From a virus, in the IMG/VR virus record IMGVR_UViG_3300027963_004416, positions 1 through 64,000 of that record: a stretch of DNA of 64,000 nucleotides, one strand, 5' to 3'. Under the pieces are notes generated by a model. It saw only the letters and a list, made by a program, of their open reading frames with translations, had not been told where the DNA came from and ran no database searches. Both the position numbers and the translations under genes were made by a program. Of this stretch, positions 39,307-47,703 are shown piece after piece (positions within the stretch are counted from its first letter, which is position 1; every line of letters starts with the position of its first letter).

Positions 39307-39529
39307 TTCTCATGCTCGAGAACAGAACTTCGAGGAATCCGAGATGGGCCAGCTACATGCTATCCATCTAAGCGAGAACGCCGTAGCGAGGGTGAGAGCA
39401 GGTCTCTCCTATGCTCCTAGCCTGTCGCATTGTATTGACTGCGGAGAAGAAATTCCAGAAGCCCGGCGCAAAGCTGCATCAGGCGTATGTCGATGCATCT
39501 TTTGTCAAGAGGATTTCGAAAGGAGATAG
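39299..39529 (+). CDS. TraR/DksA C4 zinc-finger protein
   Basis: CIDCGEEIPEARRKA...RCIFCQ; GTG start with AAGGAG. Confidence 0.85.
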   Translation: MFDSHAREQNFEESEMGQLHAIHLSENAVARVRAGLSYAPSLSHCIDCGEEIPEARRKAASGVCRCIFCQEDFERR

Positions 39530-39677
39530 CATGAGTCGTTATCGCTACTGGATGGACAATAGATGCCCTCGATTGCTAAAGTTCCTTGACCAGTTTACTT
39601 TCATAGAGTGGGCTTTTGTGGTTGCTTTAATTTCTTTTCCCCTGTATACTGTCTTTGTTAACTAAGGAGACACACAC

Positions 39678-39866
39678 ATGACGAACTTGACGAACGATCA
39701 ACGCGGCGAAACTATCCTCAACCTCATCGAGGCTGGCGATATGGATATTCGCTTCATTGCCAACCGACTGGTTGCGCGCAATCCTGAGCAAGCAGCGCTG
39801 CTTGCCGACTTCCTAAACACCTACATTCAAATCTTTGACGTGAAGAACTCGCAGGAGGTTGCGTAA
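39678..39866 (+). CDS. Early hypothetical protein
   Basis: Promoter 39622 plus AAGGAG RBS. Confidence 0.65.
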   Translation: MTNLTNDQRGETILNLIEAGDMDIRFIANRLVARNPEQAALLADFLNTYIQIFDVKNSQEVA

Positions 39867-40351
39867 TGTTTACTCTTACTAAAGAAGAGCAAGAGAGCAT
39901 TCATAATGGCATTTGTCGTCTTGAGAGCGCTATTCAAGAGCTTGAGGATGTCCTTTCGCCTCGTTTGATTAGTACTCTTCAAAAGGCCAAGCAGGGTATT
40001 GAAAAAGGCTTCAAAAACGTTCGCTTGCAGGAAGCCGAATGGTTTAATACTCAGATGGATGTTTTTGAACAGATTCGAATGGCTAACGGGCTTCATACTA
40101 CCTGGTCTATTTTCGAAGTCGAGAATATCTACGACGATTCTAAAATCCGAGGTACTACTTTGGTATTTGAGGGCTGGGAAAGTGATGCCGAGGTTCCCAT
40201 TACCTGTAATCCGATTAACGGTGAAGTGTCTTGGATGCATTTGTGGATGGCTGCCGATAAGGCTATTCAGGAATCTAACGATCATCATACCTTTATTGAG
40301 AAGTTCATTCCGATGTCCGATGGGCGCGTTCGTCTGATTTGTGGGAGCTAA
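39866..40351 (+). CDS. Early hypothetical protein
   Basis: GGAGG RBS; HH.FIE.F...GS C-terminus. Confidence 0.65.
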   Translation: MFTLTKEEQESIHNGICRLESAIQELEDVLSPRLISTLQKAKQGIEKGFKNVRLQEAEWFNTQMDVFEQIRMANGLHTTWSIFEVENIYDDSKIRGTTLVFEGWESDAEVPITCNPINGEVSWMHLWMAADKAIQESNDHHTFIEKFIPMSDGRVRLICGS

Positions 40352-40528
40352 TATGAACGAATATTTTAAGAAACAAATTGAAGAAGGTGCCACAAACCAG
40401 TTTTTCTATGCTATAATGCAAGAAGGTAACTTGACCATTCAGCGGCATCGTGGCACACTGGATACCTTGCCCATGTTAGAATATGTGCGGCACTTGACTG
40501 ATGGTGTGCCCCTGTTCAAGGAAACAAA

Positions 40529-40756
40529 ATGAACCAACGAATTCGAGAACTTGCTGAACAGGCTGGATTTTATTATACTGACAAGACTGGGTTTATTACA
40601 CCTGCTGGTTGTAATCCTGCAAAGTTCGCCGAGTTGATTGTGCAGGAATGTTTAGGCATTGTAGACGATGCTGAACGAGGTGGTAGTAATGATATTTGGG
40701 ACAATGCCGTGAAGTTTATTAAACGAGATTTACAAGAACATTTCGGAGTTGAATGA
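40529..40756 (+). CDS. Hypothetical protein (MNxRIRELAEQAG family)
   Basis: KFAELIV.EC...HFGVE pattern familiar from freshwater phages. Confidence 0.65.
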   Translation: MNQRIRELAEQAGFYYTDKTGFITPAGCNPAKFAELIVQECLGIVDDAERGGSNDIWDNAVKFIKRDLQEHFGVE

Positions 40757-40971
40757 TGGGATTCTTTAATACTGGTATTCCTCGTTATAGTTACCGCGGT
40801 AGTAATGATCGTATTCCTTCGCGGGATGATAATTCATATTGCGCATACAAAGCTCCTGAGAAGCGTTATACTGGGAACAATATGGTAGGTATTACCATTA
40901 TGCACAAGAGCTGCCTTCAGCCTATCTTTAATGAAGAGTCGGCTATTGATGCTGCTACAATGAGACGTTGA
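40753..40971 (+). CDS. Conserved hypothetical protein
   Basis: YTG..MVGI..MHKS...P.F...A.D.A.MRR. Confidence 0.65.
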   Translation: MMGFFNTGIPRYSYRGSNDRIPSRDDNSYCAYKAPEKRYTGNNMVGITIMHKSCLQPIFNEESAIDAATMRR

Positions 40972-41002
40972 GTTATTATTCATTATAGGTCATAATAGAG
41001 CT

Positions 41003-41311
41003 ATGTTATACGCCGATATTAAATTAGTTGACGGTTCCGTTACGCGGAAGTTTTTCGAGGACCGTGCGAAGGGTTATGGAGATTTTGGTTATGTTAAGTA
41101 TCTTCTTCGCAAAGAGTTTGGAAAAGATTCCACTCTATTATCCATTGGTGCAATTCCTGACGAACGAGTTCACGGATGGACACCTCCTAAGCCTCCTATC
41201 GATTATGAGTTTGAGAACATGAGGCATACAAAGTTTGCATTCGGACGAACAACGAAAAAGGTCATCGGTTTCGTTCCTCGCGACGACGACTTCGACGAGG
41301 AAAGTGCTTGA
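41003..41311 (+). CDS. Early hypothetical protein
   Basis: Lies between promoters 40968 and 41308. Confidence 0.55.
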   Translation: MLYADIKLVDGSVTRKFFEDRAKGYGDFGYVKYLLRKEFGKDSTLLSIGAIPDERVHGWTPPKPPIDYEFENMRHTKFAFGRTTKKVIGFVPRDDDFDEESA

Positions 41312-41367
41312 CTTAATTCTCGTGCCACGCTAAAATTAGTTCAACATTGAGAGAAAGGAGATGTGAG

Positions 41368-41541
41368 ATGGCTAAGGTAAACGTGGTGTACAAGACGGTT
41401 CTGTACTTCCAGCAGCAGGTCGAGGTTCCAGAAGACCAGCTGGACAACATCAAGCAATACATTCTTGATAACGACAAGCTCAACTTCGTTGATGAGTTCG
41501 ACAGCGACACGACTATCCTCAGCTACGGGGTTGCCTCTTGA
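41368..41541 (+). CDS. Early cassette protein
   Basis: Start reassigned to ATG after AAAGGAG. Confidence 0.65.
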   Translation: MAKVNVVYKTVLYFQQQVEVPEDQLDNIKQYILDNDKLNFVDEFDSDTTILSYGVAS

Positions 41542-41596
41542 CTTTATTTCCTCACCAGGCTATAATGAATCATCATTGAGAGAGAGGAGAAGCAAG

Positions 41597-41803
41597 ATGA
41601 ACACGAAAGAAGCACTGGCAATCATAGAACAGATCCAAGCGTTCCTGCAGCAGCACGTCAACAAGGATGCTGACTTCATCCATGCGATGGAGTACACGCG
41701 AGACAACCTCGAGAGTTGTTATCAGGAAGAGAAGGAAGCGTATGCCCACCTGGTCGTGGAGATGCGCAAGATGTTCGCAGCAGTCGAGTCCATCAGGGCT
41801 TGA
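41597..41803 (+). CDS. Early cassette protein
   Basis: Start reassigned to ATG after GAGAGAGGAG. Confidence 0.65.
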   Translation: MNTKEALAIIEQIQAFLQQHVNKDADFIHAMEYTRDNLESCYQEEKEAYAHLVVEMRKMFAAVESIRA

Positions 41804-41860
41804 TTTTATTCTCGCGCCAGCTTATAATTAGTTTAACATGATGAGAGAGGGGAATGCATA

Positions 41861-42100
41861 ATGAAAGTATCTAAACTGATTGAGCTGTTAGAAGGCTTCG
41901 ATGCAGAAGCCGAAATCCATTTTACGTATGGATACAATGACTATTGGCGCACGCAGGTCGCGCCGGCTGTTCGTGATGTATTCGAGGGAGAGGTTGAGTA
42001 TAGTGAATATCACAGAACGGACAAGCTGCTTGAAGACTATGAAGGTCCTCAAGACGATGACGACGACCGAGTAGTGAGAAAGGTCGTAGTTATTCAATAA
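41861..42100 (+). CDS. Early cassette acidic protein
   Basis: Promoter 41800; Y.Y.DYWRT.VAP. Confidence 0.65.
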   Translation: MKVSKLIELLEGFDAEAEIHFTYGYNDYWRTQVAPAVRDVFEGEVEYSEYHRTDKLLEDYEGPQDDDDDRVVRKVVVIQ

Positions 42101-42291
42101 CGATTTTTGCGTTTGCGCTTGACAGTTGCAGGGGCGGTGAAGGCACCTGCAACTCTCTTAGCGATAGCCTTTTTGGTGACCGGCAGGAGATTGGTCGCGA
42201 TTTTGCCAATCCCCCTGAGTCGTTTAGACGCAACAGAGAGCCCGGTCAAGTCACCGATCAGGCCTTCGTTGAACTCTCTGAATGTCTTCAT
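42094..42291 (-). CDS. Small basic protein with capsid-targeting-like N-terminus
   Basis: MKTFREFNEG resembles the T4 internal-protein CTS. Confidence 0.6.
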   Translation of the reverse strand: MKTFREFNEGLIGDLTGLSVASKRLRGIGKIATNLLPVTKKAIAKRVAGAFTAPATVKRKRKNRY

Positions 42292-42629
42292 GGTGCAGGG
42301 TCGTTTTCGTTAGCTGCATCCATTTCAGCTTTTTGGTTTAGCGCATGTGCAACGCCGGCCATAGCAGCTTCCTTGCCGGTTCCCGCAAGCATGATGCCCG
42401 AGAGCGTGCCGCAAAGGAATGTAGCAACGGGGATGATTAGCTCGAAGAACTTTTGATCGATGGGCGAAATAGCCCCAAGCGGTTGCGTTACAAAGATGAT
42501 TGAGTACAGGACCACGAACACGATGCCGATTAGCGTCAATGCCAGGCACATGCCAATGAAGAACTTCAGACGAACCATCAATTCTTCTGATGTATATCTT
42601 TCGCCTCTTTTAGATGAAACTTCGCTCAT
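42288..42629 (-). CDS. Two-TM membrane protein
   Basis: Two hydrophobic helices. Confidence 0.65.
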   Translation of the reverse strand: MSEVSSKRGERYTSEELMVRLKFFIGMCLALTLIGIVFVVLYSIIFVTQPLGAISPIDQKFFELIIPVATFLCGTLSGIMLAGTGKEAAMAGVAHALNQKAEMDAANENDPAP

Positions 42630-42829
42630 TTTTTAGCTCCTTGTTCACTAGGAAGAATCTGCATCACTTCCGGTTGTGATTCAAAAATATATTTAGGACA
42701 GTCCCGATTTATTTCACATACAGGCGCCTTACATTCAGGCTTTTTCCAATTCTCATTATCTTGGCAAGGATACCGAAACTCAGCATCACAGCCACTTAAC
42801 AATAGCATAGTTAACATTATTCTTTTCAT
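42626..42829 (-). CDS. Small lipoprotein
   Basis: MKRIMLTMLLLSGC lipobox; late promoter TATAAATA at 42859-42866 (minus). Confidence 0.7.
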   Translation of the reverse strand: MKRIMLTMLLLSGCDAEFRYPCQDNENWKKPECKAPVCEINRDCPKYIFESQPEVMQILPSEQGAKK

Positions 42830-43357
42830 ATTCCCCCCTTTTAAGTCAACATGCCTTTTATTTATAGAGAAAGAACATGGTAATATATTATGTAGTACTA
42901 ATGACGCTGTCCGGTTCCCAGAACCTAACGCTAAAAGAATTCTCCACACATACTGAATGTGAATCGTATATGAAGAGCAACCATAAACGATTAACTAAAG
43001 TGTATTATGTGGAGAACAAACAACGAATGACCGGATCAGGATGTAGAAACAAATAATATGATATTGCTTCTCCTAATAGGATTGATAATACTAGGATGCA
43101 TGTTCGAAACTATATTGAGCATTGTGTTTCATATAGCTATCATTGCAATGCTCATGATGGGATTCGGAGTAATGGCAGCAGGAGTATACGCCCTATTGGT
43201 TACTCTGGTAGTTCTTAGCTGATTTATTAGCGAGTTTCATAGAGATATATTTTGTTAAACTGAATCGTCAAAATGTATATGGATCGCTATGATATAAGAG
43301 AATGCGTTCAATAGCGAGGTGCTGAGAAGGTCTCTGATATATTCTCTCGCTGTTTTT

Positions 43358-43440
43358 CTCTATGAAATACTCTATGAAATACTCTATGAAATACTCTATG
43401 CATTCCCCGCTATGAAACCGCTATGAAAACTCTATGCATT
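43358..43440. repeat. Tandem 12-bp repeat CTCTATGAAATA (3 perfect + 4 partial copies)
   Basis: Read directly; inverted partial copy TTTCATAGAG at 43235. Confidence 0.9.
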
Positions 43441-43571
43441 ATCGCGCCGCGCTACTATGTACAGCAAATGATTTGCAGCATTATACTACCGCAATAATCT
43501 TTCGCAAATCACTATCGCAAACAGATACAGCTAGTCATTAGCGCATTCAGCTTTCGCGCACATGATCTTCC

Positions 43572-43720
43572 ATTATGCCTGATCTCTGAAATTAAATCAA
43601 CTCAGATCAGTAGCGCAATTTGTTTGCGGTGCTAGGGCTGTGGGCCACCCGTCCCGTCCATCCCAGGCGTGCCTTTCGAATCATTAAAGACATTGTACTG
43701 GGGCGCGGAAAAAAAAACCA
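43572..43720 (-). promoter_or_regulatory. Two leftward early-type promoters
   Basis: Minus strand TGGTTT-N17-TACAAT (43720-43692) and TTGATT-N17-CATAAT (43600-43572), same spacer style as the cassette promoters. Confidence 0.65.
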
Positions 43721-43800
43721 GCACTTTTGGGGCGAGAAAGTTGTTGACTTTTTTTCCGCGCCAGGATATAATGAATCATCATGAGAGAGAGGAGTGAGAA

Positions 43801-44028
43801 ATGATCTACACGGAATCGATGATTGACCATATGATGGGCCTCGATGCACTGAGTATCGAAAAGGGCTTTCGCAATGCAGAGTACTTCGATATCAAAATTA
43901 AGTCAAGCAAGTTCGTTGGTCTGAATAGCGATGGCCATTTCGTATATAAGTGCGAGTTCTCAGAAGGAATGAAGCAAAACGTTTTCGCTACTCTTAACGA
44001 GAACTCGAAGCTGATGTGTGAATTTTGA
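43801..44028 (+). CDS. Early cassette protein
   Basis: Promoter 43744 plus GAGAGAGGAG leader. Confidence 0.7.
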   Translation: MIYTESMIDHMMGLDALSIEKGFRNAEYFDIKIKSSKFVGLNSDGHFVYKCEFSEGMKQNVFATLNENSKLMCEF

Positions 44029-44087
44029 GCTTGACTTAATTTTCGCGTCAGGATATAATGAATCATCATGAGAGAGAGGAGAGAGAA

Positions 44088-44303
44088 ATGAGCAATCAAC
44101 GTGAGATGGTTCTTGACAGTCAGATGGATGTTCTGGATAGCGCAATCATCGCCATCGGTCGTGCGATTCAAGAACTGGATAGCGGTGATCGCTGGTGCGA
44201 TTTGGATACCAATGATGCGATCTTGAAGCTCGAAGCGATTCGTCAAGAACTGACAGATCAGTACATGCTTATCGAAGACGAATTGCGTCAAATCGAGGCT
44301 TGA
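44088..44303 (+). CDS. Early acidic coiled-coil protein (paralog A)
   Basis: MSNQREMVLDSQ...; own promoter. Confidence 0.75.
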   Translation: MSNQREMVLDSQMDVLDSAIIAIGRAIQELDSGDRWCDLDTNDAILKLEAIRQELTDQYMLIEDELRQIEA

Positions 44304-44357
44304 CTTTTTTTCCGGGCTCATGCATAATGAACGTACATTAAGAGAGAGGAGTAGGAA

Positions 44358-44579
44358 ATGAACAATCAACGTGAAATGATTCTCGAAAGCCAATTGAGCA
44401 TCCTGACCAACGCAATCGTTGCATTGAGTCGCACGATCAATGAACTGGATGAAGCTGATCGCTTTCCGGATCTGGATACGAAAGAAGCTATCGCTAAACT
44501 CGAAGACGTTCGTCAGGATCTGGAAGATCAGGTGATGGGTATCGAAGAAGAGTTGAACGAAATCGAAGATAGCTTTTGA
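44358..44579 (+). CDS. Early acidic coiled-coil protein (paralog B)
   Basis: MNNQREMILESQ...; own promoter. Confidence 0.75.
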   Translation: MNNQREMILESQLSILTNAIVALSRTINELDEADRFPDLDTKEAIAKLEDVRQDLEDQVMGIEEELNEIEDSF

Positions 44580-44643
44580 ACGAAGTCGCTTGACTTAATT
44601 TCCGCGGCAGGATATAATGAATCATCATGAGAGAGAGGAGAGT

Positions 44644-44832
44644 ATGATGACGGAACTGAAACAAATCACGCTGATGCTTAACGCCGATGAAGCCGAGTTC
44701 TTGGCGCAGGCGTTGGAGATTCACGCAGACAAGTACGCAGGCAGAATCTCGTTTGTTGAGGAGCTTGATCGCTACGTGCGTTCGACTCTGCAGACGAAGT
44801 TCGATCCGGCTTTCGCGGAGGACGTAGAATGA
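44644..44832 (+). CDS. Early cassette protein
   Basis: Promoter 44590 plus leader. Confidence 0.65.
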   Translation: MMTELKQITLMLNADEAEFLAQALEIHADKYAGRISFVEELDRYVRSTLQTKFDPAFAEDVE

Positions 44833-44990
44833 CTGAGCAACAAATTGAGCTGGTCGTTGAGAAGTGGTTCGATCGCATCGACCGCCAGTATATGGGCAAC
44901 GAGTTATCCTATCAAGACTACATGGCAGAGGTCGAGGCCGTGCGCCTCTGGGCTGATGCAAAGTATGCTGAGATGACGGCGTTGCATTAA
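44829..44990 (+). CDS. Early small protein (not in ORF track)
   Basis: GGAGG RBS, ATGA overlap; MTEQQIELVVEKWFD. Confidence 0.55.
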   Translation: MTEQQIELVVEKWFDRIDRQYMGNELSYQDYMAEVEAVRLWADAKYAEMTALH

Positions 44991-45039
44991 TTTCCTCAGG
45001 AAGCTACAATGAAGTACATTGTGAGAGAGGAGAAAGACG

Positions 45040-45207
45040 GTGTACGATGCAGATGGATGGGATAGCTACGCCGCGTACGCTCATGAGCAGATGCTCGAGC
45101 TGATGTTCAAGGAGTCGGACGATTGCGTGGAGTTTGTCAACAAGTGGATCCAGGATCAGCTGGCCACGGCGGTTCCTACGGAAGTGTTTCAGGAGATTGA
45201 GCAATGA
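45040..45207 (+). CDS. Early small acidic protein (not in ORF track)
   Basis: GTG start after the GTGAGAGAGGAG leader. Confidence 0.55.
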   Translation: MYDADGWDSYAAYAHEQMLELMFKESDDCVEFVNKWIQDQLATAVPTEVFQEIEQ

Positions 45208-45398
45208 GTGCAATGAGTGATCTGGATATCGTCAAGCAAGAGGTCTTCGAGTTCTTGGATGACCTGCGGTTGAGCGGTGAGACCAACATGTTTGGAGCTG
45301 CACCGTACATCGTCGAGGAGTTTGGCATGAACAAGGCTGAGGCGCGCGTCCTGTTGAGTGCATGGATGCAGACGTTCAGCGAGCGTCACGCAGCGTAA
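45204..45398 (+). CDS. Conserved small phage protein
   Basis: FLDDLR.SG.TNMFGAAPY...F...EAR..L..WM. Confidence 0.7.
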   Translation: MSAMSDLDIVKQEVFEFLDDLRLSGETNMFGAAPYIVEEFGMNKAEARVLLSAWMQTFSERHAA

Positions 45399-45399
45399 G

Positions 45400-45586
45400 A
45401 ACCGACCAGGTGGTGTACGGCTGCCAAAGCCACCGGGTGACTATGAGCAGGGTCGAGCCTGGGACATGACCCAAAAACAGGCAACGATTTCCCCCGGTGG
45501 CCTCGGCTCCTCTCTCACTCTCCGCAGAGGCCACCACCCAACCTGTCGCCCGCGTGCGACCCCGGACCAGTAACCGGGACCTTTTC
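45400..45586 (+). ncRNA. Candidate structured sRNA with anti-RBS loop
   Basis: Five hairpins; GGTGGCCTC/GAGGCCACC stem encloses CTCCTCTCTCAC, the reverse complement of the early-gene leaders. Confidence 0.6.
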
Positions 45587-45648
45587 TGGTTGCGTTTATT
45601 TCCTGAAGACGTCATAATGAAGTACATTGTGAGAGAGGAGTGAAAGAA

Positions 45649-46020
45649 ATGCAAGCAACCTACACCTTCGACGAAAACATCGTCAGCGACCTGCACAAGG
45701 ATGCCTACGGCTTTCGTCCGAGCCAGTCGTTCTGGGAGTACTGGACAGGTGCCGACGACGACCGCAAGCAGCGGATCTGGGACGACCTGCTGGGTGCCCT
45801 GGATCGTGAGATGGAGTACCAGCGTCAGCGTGAAGCTGAGGCCGTGGAGGATTTCGATGAGATGCTCGATCGACTGTACCGGGCCGGTGCGAAGGACTTC
45901 ACGATGGCGATCAAGTGGGCACATGATGCGCACGATACGGACGGGGACGATGAGTACCTGGAGTACACCCTCGGTCTGCCGTTCAACCACATCCGCAAAG
46001 CACGCGAGGCCACGAAGTAG
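45649..46020 (+). CDS. Early conserved phage protein
   Basis: SDLHKDAYGFRP motif; promoter 45590. Confidence 0.7.
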   Translation: MQATYTFDENIVSDLHKDAYGFRPSQSFWEYWTGADDDRKQRIWDDLLGALDREMEYQRQREAEAVEDFDEMLDRLYRAGAKDFTMAIKWAHDAHDTDGDDEYLEYTLGLPFNHIRKAREATK

Positions 46021-46184
46021 TGGCCTTATTTTCGTGTGGCGCCGATAATGAATCATCAAGAGAGAGAAAGAGGAGTAGGGAAATGAAAGAACTGATCTTT
46101 GTTGCATTCTGCGTTATGGGTGGTTACGGTCTGCATGACATGGTTATCACTTTGAGCAAGCTGGCTCACTAAGGAGAGAGAGAA

Positions 46185-46457
46185 ATGAGTCTAGAATGGG
46201 AATTGAGCTGTTACGGTGTTGCTGAGAAGCACCTCGAAGAGACCTTCAAGTCGTCGTACGTGCAGATGGTCGGTATCGACATGTACGTGGCAGGCATCAT
46301 GAGTGACTGTCAGGAGATCCTGGAGCACTATGATGACAAGGAGGGCAAGGAGGCTGTCCGTCAGCTCCTGAATCGGGCGAAGTACTATCTGAGCCGTCGC
46401 TATGATGAGCAGCGTCAGGCTGCTGATGAAGACTTCCGGAAGCGGAGGGTTGCATGA
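46185..46457 (+). CDS. Early hypothetical protein
   Basis: AAGGAG RBS; MSDCQE...RQ.LNRAKY. Confidence 0.65.
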   Translation: MSLEWELSCYGVAEKHLEETFKSSYVQMVGIDMYVAGIMSDCQEILEHYDDKEGKEAVRQLLNRAKYYLSRRYDEQRQAADEDFRKRRVA

Positions 46458-46663
46458 TGGAGTACAGTGTCGAGTTGTATGAGGACCCGGACCAGTGGTC
46501 CTTCTGGGAGGTGATCGAATGGGGTCCTCATCCACATCCAGAAGACACCGTACGTCGACGGACCGGCATGATCCTCCATCGTGTCCGTGGCAATGACTGG
46601 GTATCTGAAATGGCTGCTCGTGAGTGGCTACACATCTACAAAAAGGAGAATGGAATTGAATAA
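46454..46663 (+). CDS. Hypothetical protein
   Basis: GGAGG RBS, ATGA overlap. Confidence 0.55.
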   Translation: MMEYSVELYEDPDQWSFWEVIEWGPHPHPEDTVRRRTGMILHRVRGNDWVSEMAAREWLHIYKKENGIE

Positions 46664-47457
46664 TGGTGACATGTACGTGGGTTACGCCCTCTGGTTCGTG
46701 GCAGGCTTCCTGCTAGGCTACATCGTGTTAGGTGCACTAGTATGATCTACTTACAGTACGTAGTGACACTAGTATGTGCACTGCTGGTGCCGGTGTTCGT
46801 AGTGCGTGGTGACACGTACCATGCCGTCATCTTCTCCATCATGGCCGGCGTCAACCTGGTCATGATACTGGACCGTCGTACATGAGGCACTAGTGTACAG
46901 TGATTGCAGAATTAGTACTAGTAGGGTACATGGGTACAAAAATAGTTGGTACGTTAACGAAGATTTAACCGTGTAATTTTTTGCGTGCTCTCATAACCTC
47001 TTTATCCCTCCCCCAGTACAAAAATAGTGCGTGCCTCTGAGATTTTTATCCGCGGGAAAATCGCGCGCGCAAAAACCCCGTAGAATTGCTTTTCTCAGAG
47101 ACCTATATTAATATACAGTATTATTCTTCACTCAGGAGGTGTCATGACACTGGCAGATAATCTTAAAAATCTTCTTCAGAAAAAAAACTCTTCATCTCAT
47201 GTAGACAAGAAGAGGGGTAGTGGTGTTGACGTAGTCTCCAAGAGTCAGGTGAACGTCAACAAGCCTCAAAGAAAGAGTGCAGGGAGGGGTCGATGAAGCA
47301 AGTCAAGGTGGTAAGAAACAAAAACGGGACGACTCGTAGTTACATACGTACTCAGACTGGCAAATGGCAGAAGTGTGGTCAGAGTACGTACAACAATAGG
47401 AAGAAGCGGTAGGGAAAATTTTTTGGCCTAAGGCTGTGAGATTCAAAGGAGAAGGAA

Positions 47458-47703
47458 GTGAAAAGAGAACAGATAATTGAAATGGCATATCAGTATAAGT
47501 TTGATGGTAGTGACGGTGTATTCCAGTGGAACAATGAAGAACACTTTAAAGCCGGTTTTCTGTCTTTTGAGAGGTTTGTGAATGACTTCGAAGAGCGAAT
47601 CAGGCTTGAATGTGCTAACCTGGCCGATGAGTTGGGTTCGTACGAAGTAGCCAGCGCAATTCGTACTCTTGCATACAATGATGAGAGAAGCGATCGTTAT
47701 TAG
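47458..47703 (+). CDS. Hypothetical protein
   Basis: AAGGAG upstream of GTG. Confidence 0.5.
   Translation: MKREQIIEMAYQYKFDGSDGVFQWNNEEHFKAGFLSFERFVNDFEERIRLECANLADELGSYEVASAIRTLAYNDERSDRY

Larger units (their letters stand above)
36579..46085 (+). repeat. Dispersed family of about 15 early sigma70 promoter + leader cassettes
   Basis: TTGACT-like -35 at 36579, 37152, 39127, 39622, 40968, 41308, 41538, 41800, 43744, 44031, 44300, 44590, 44982, 45590, 46021; about 17-nt T-then-GC spacer, TATAAT-like -10, most followed by a GAGAGAGGAG-like or CACAC/AAGGAG leader. Confidence 0.9.

Noticed and set aside
44058-44643. MNHHERE N-terminal extensions
   Set aside because: That ATG overlaps the -10 box (TATAATG), upstream of the likely transcription start; true starts follow the GAGGAG.
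41300-46085. Repeated GAATCATCATGAGAGAGAGGAG as a CRISPR array
   Set aside because: Spacing is hundreds of bp, the intervals are ORFs, the repeats are promoter/RBS units, and no cas genes are present.
36538-46535. Long minus-strand ORFs in the early region (e.g. 36538-37146, 39827-40393, 43806-44393, 45376-46107)
   Set aside because: Antisense shadows of GC-richer plus-strand genes; they cross promoter repeats and lack RBS.
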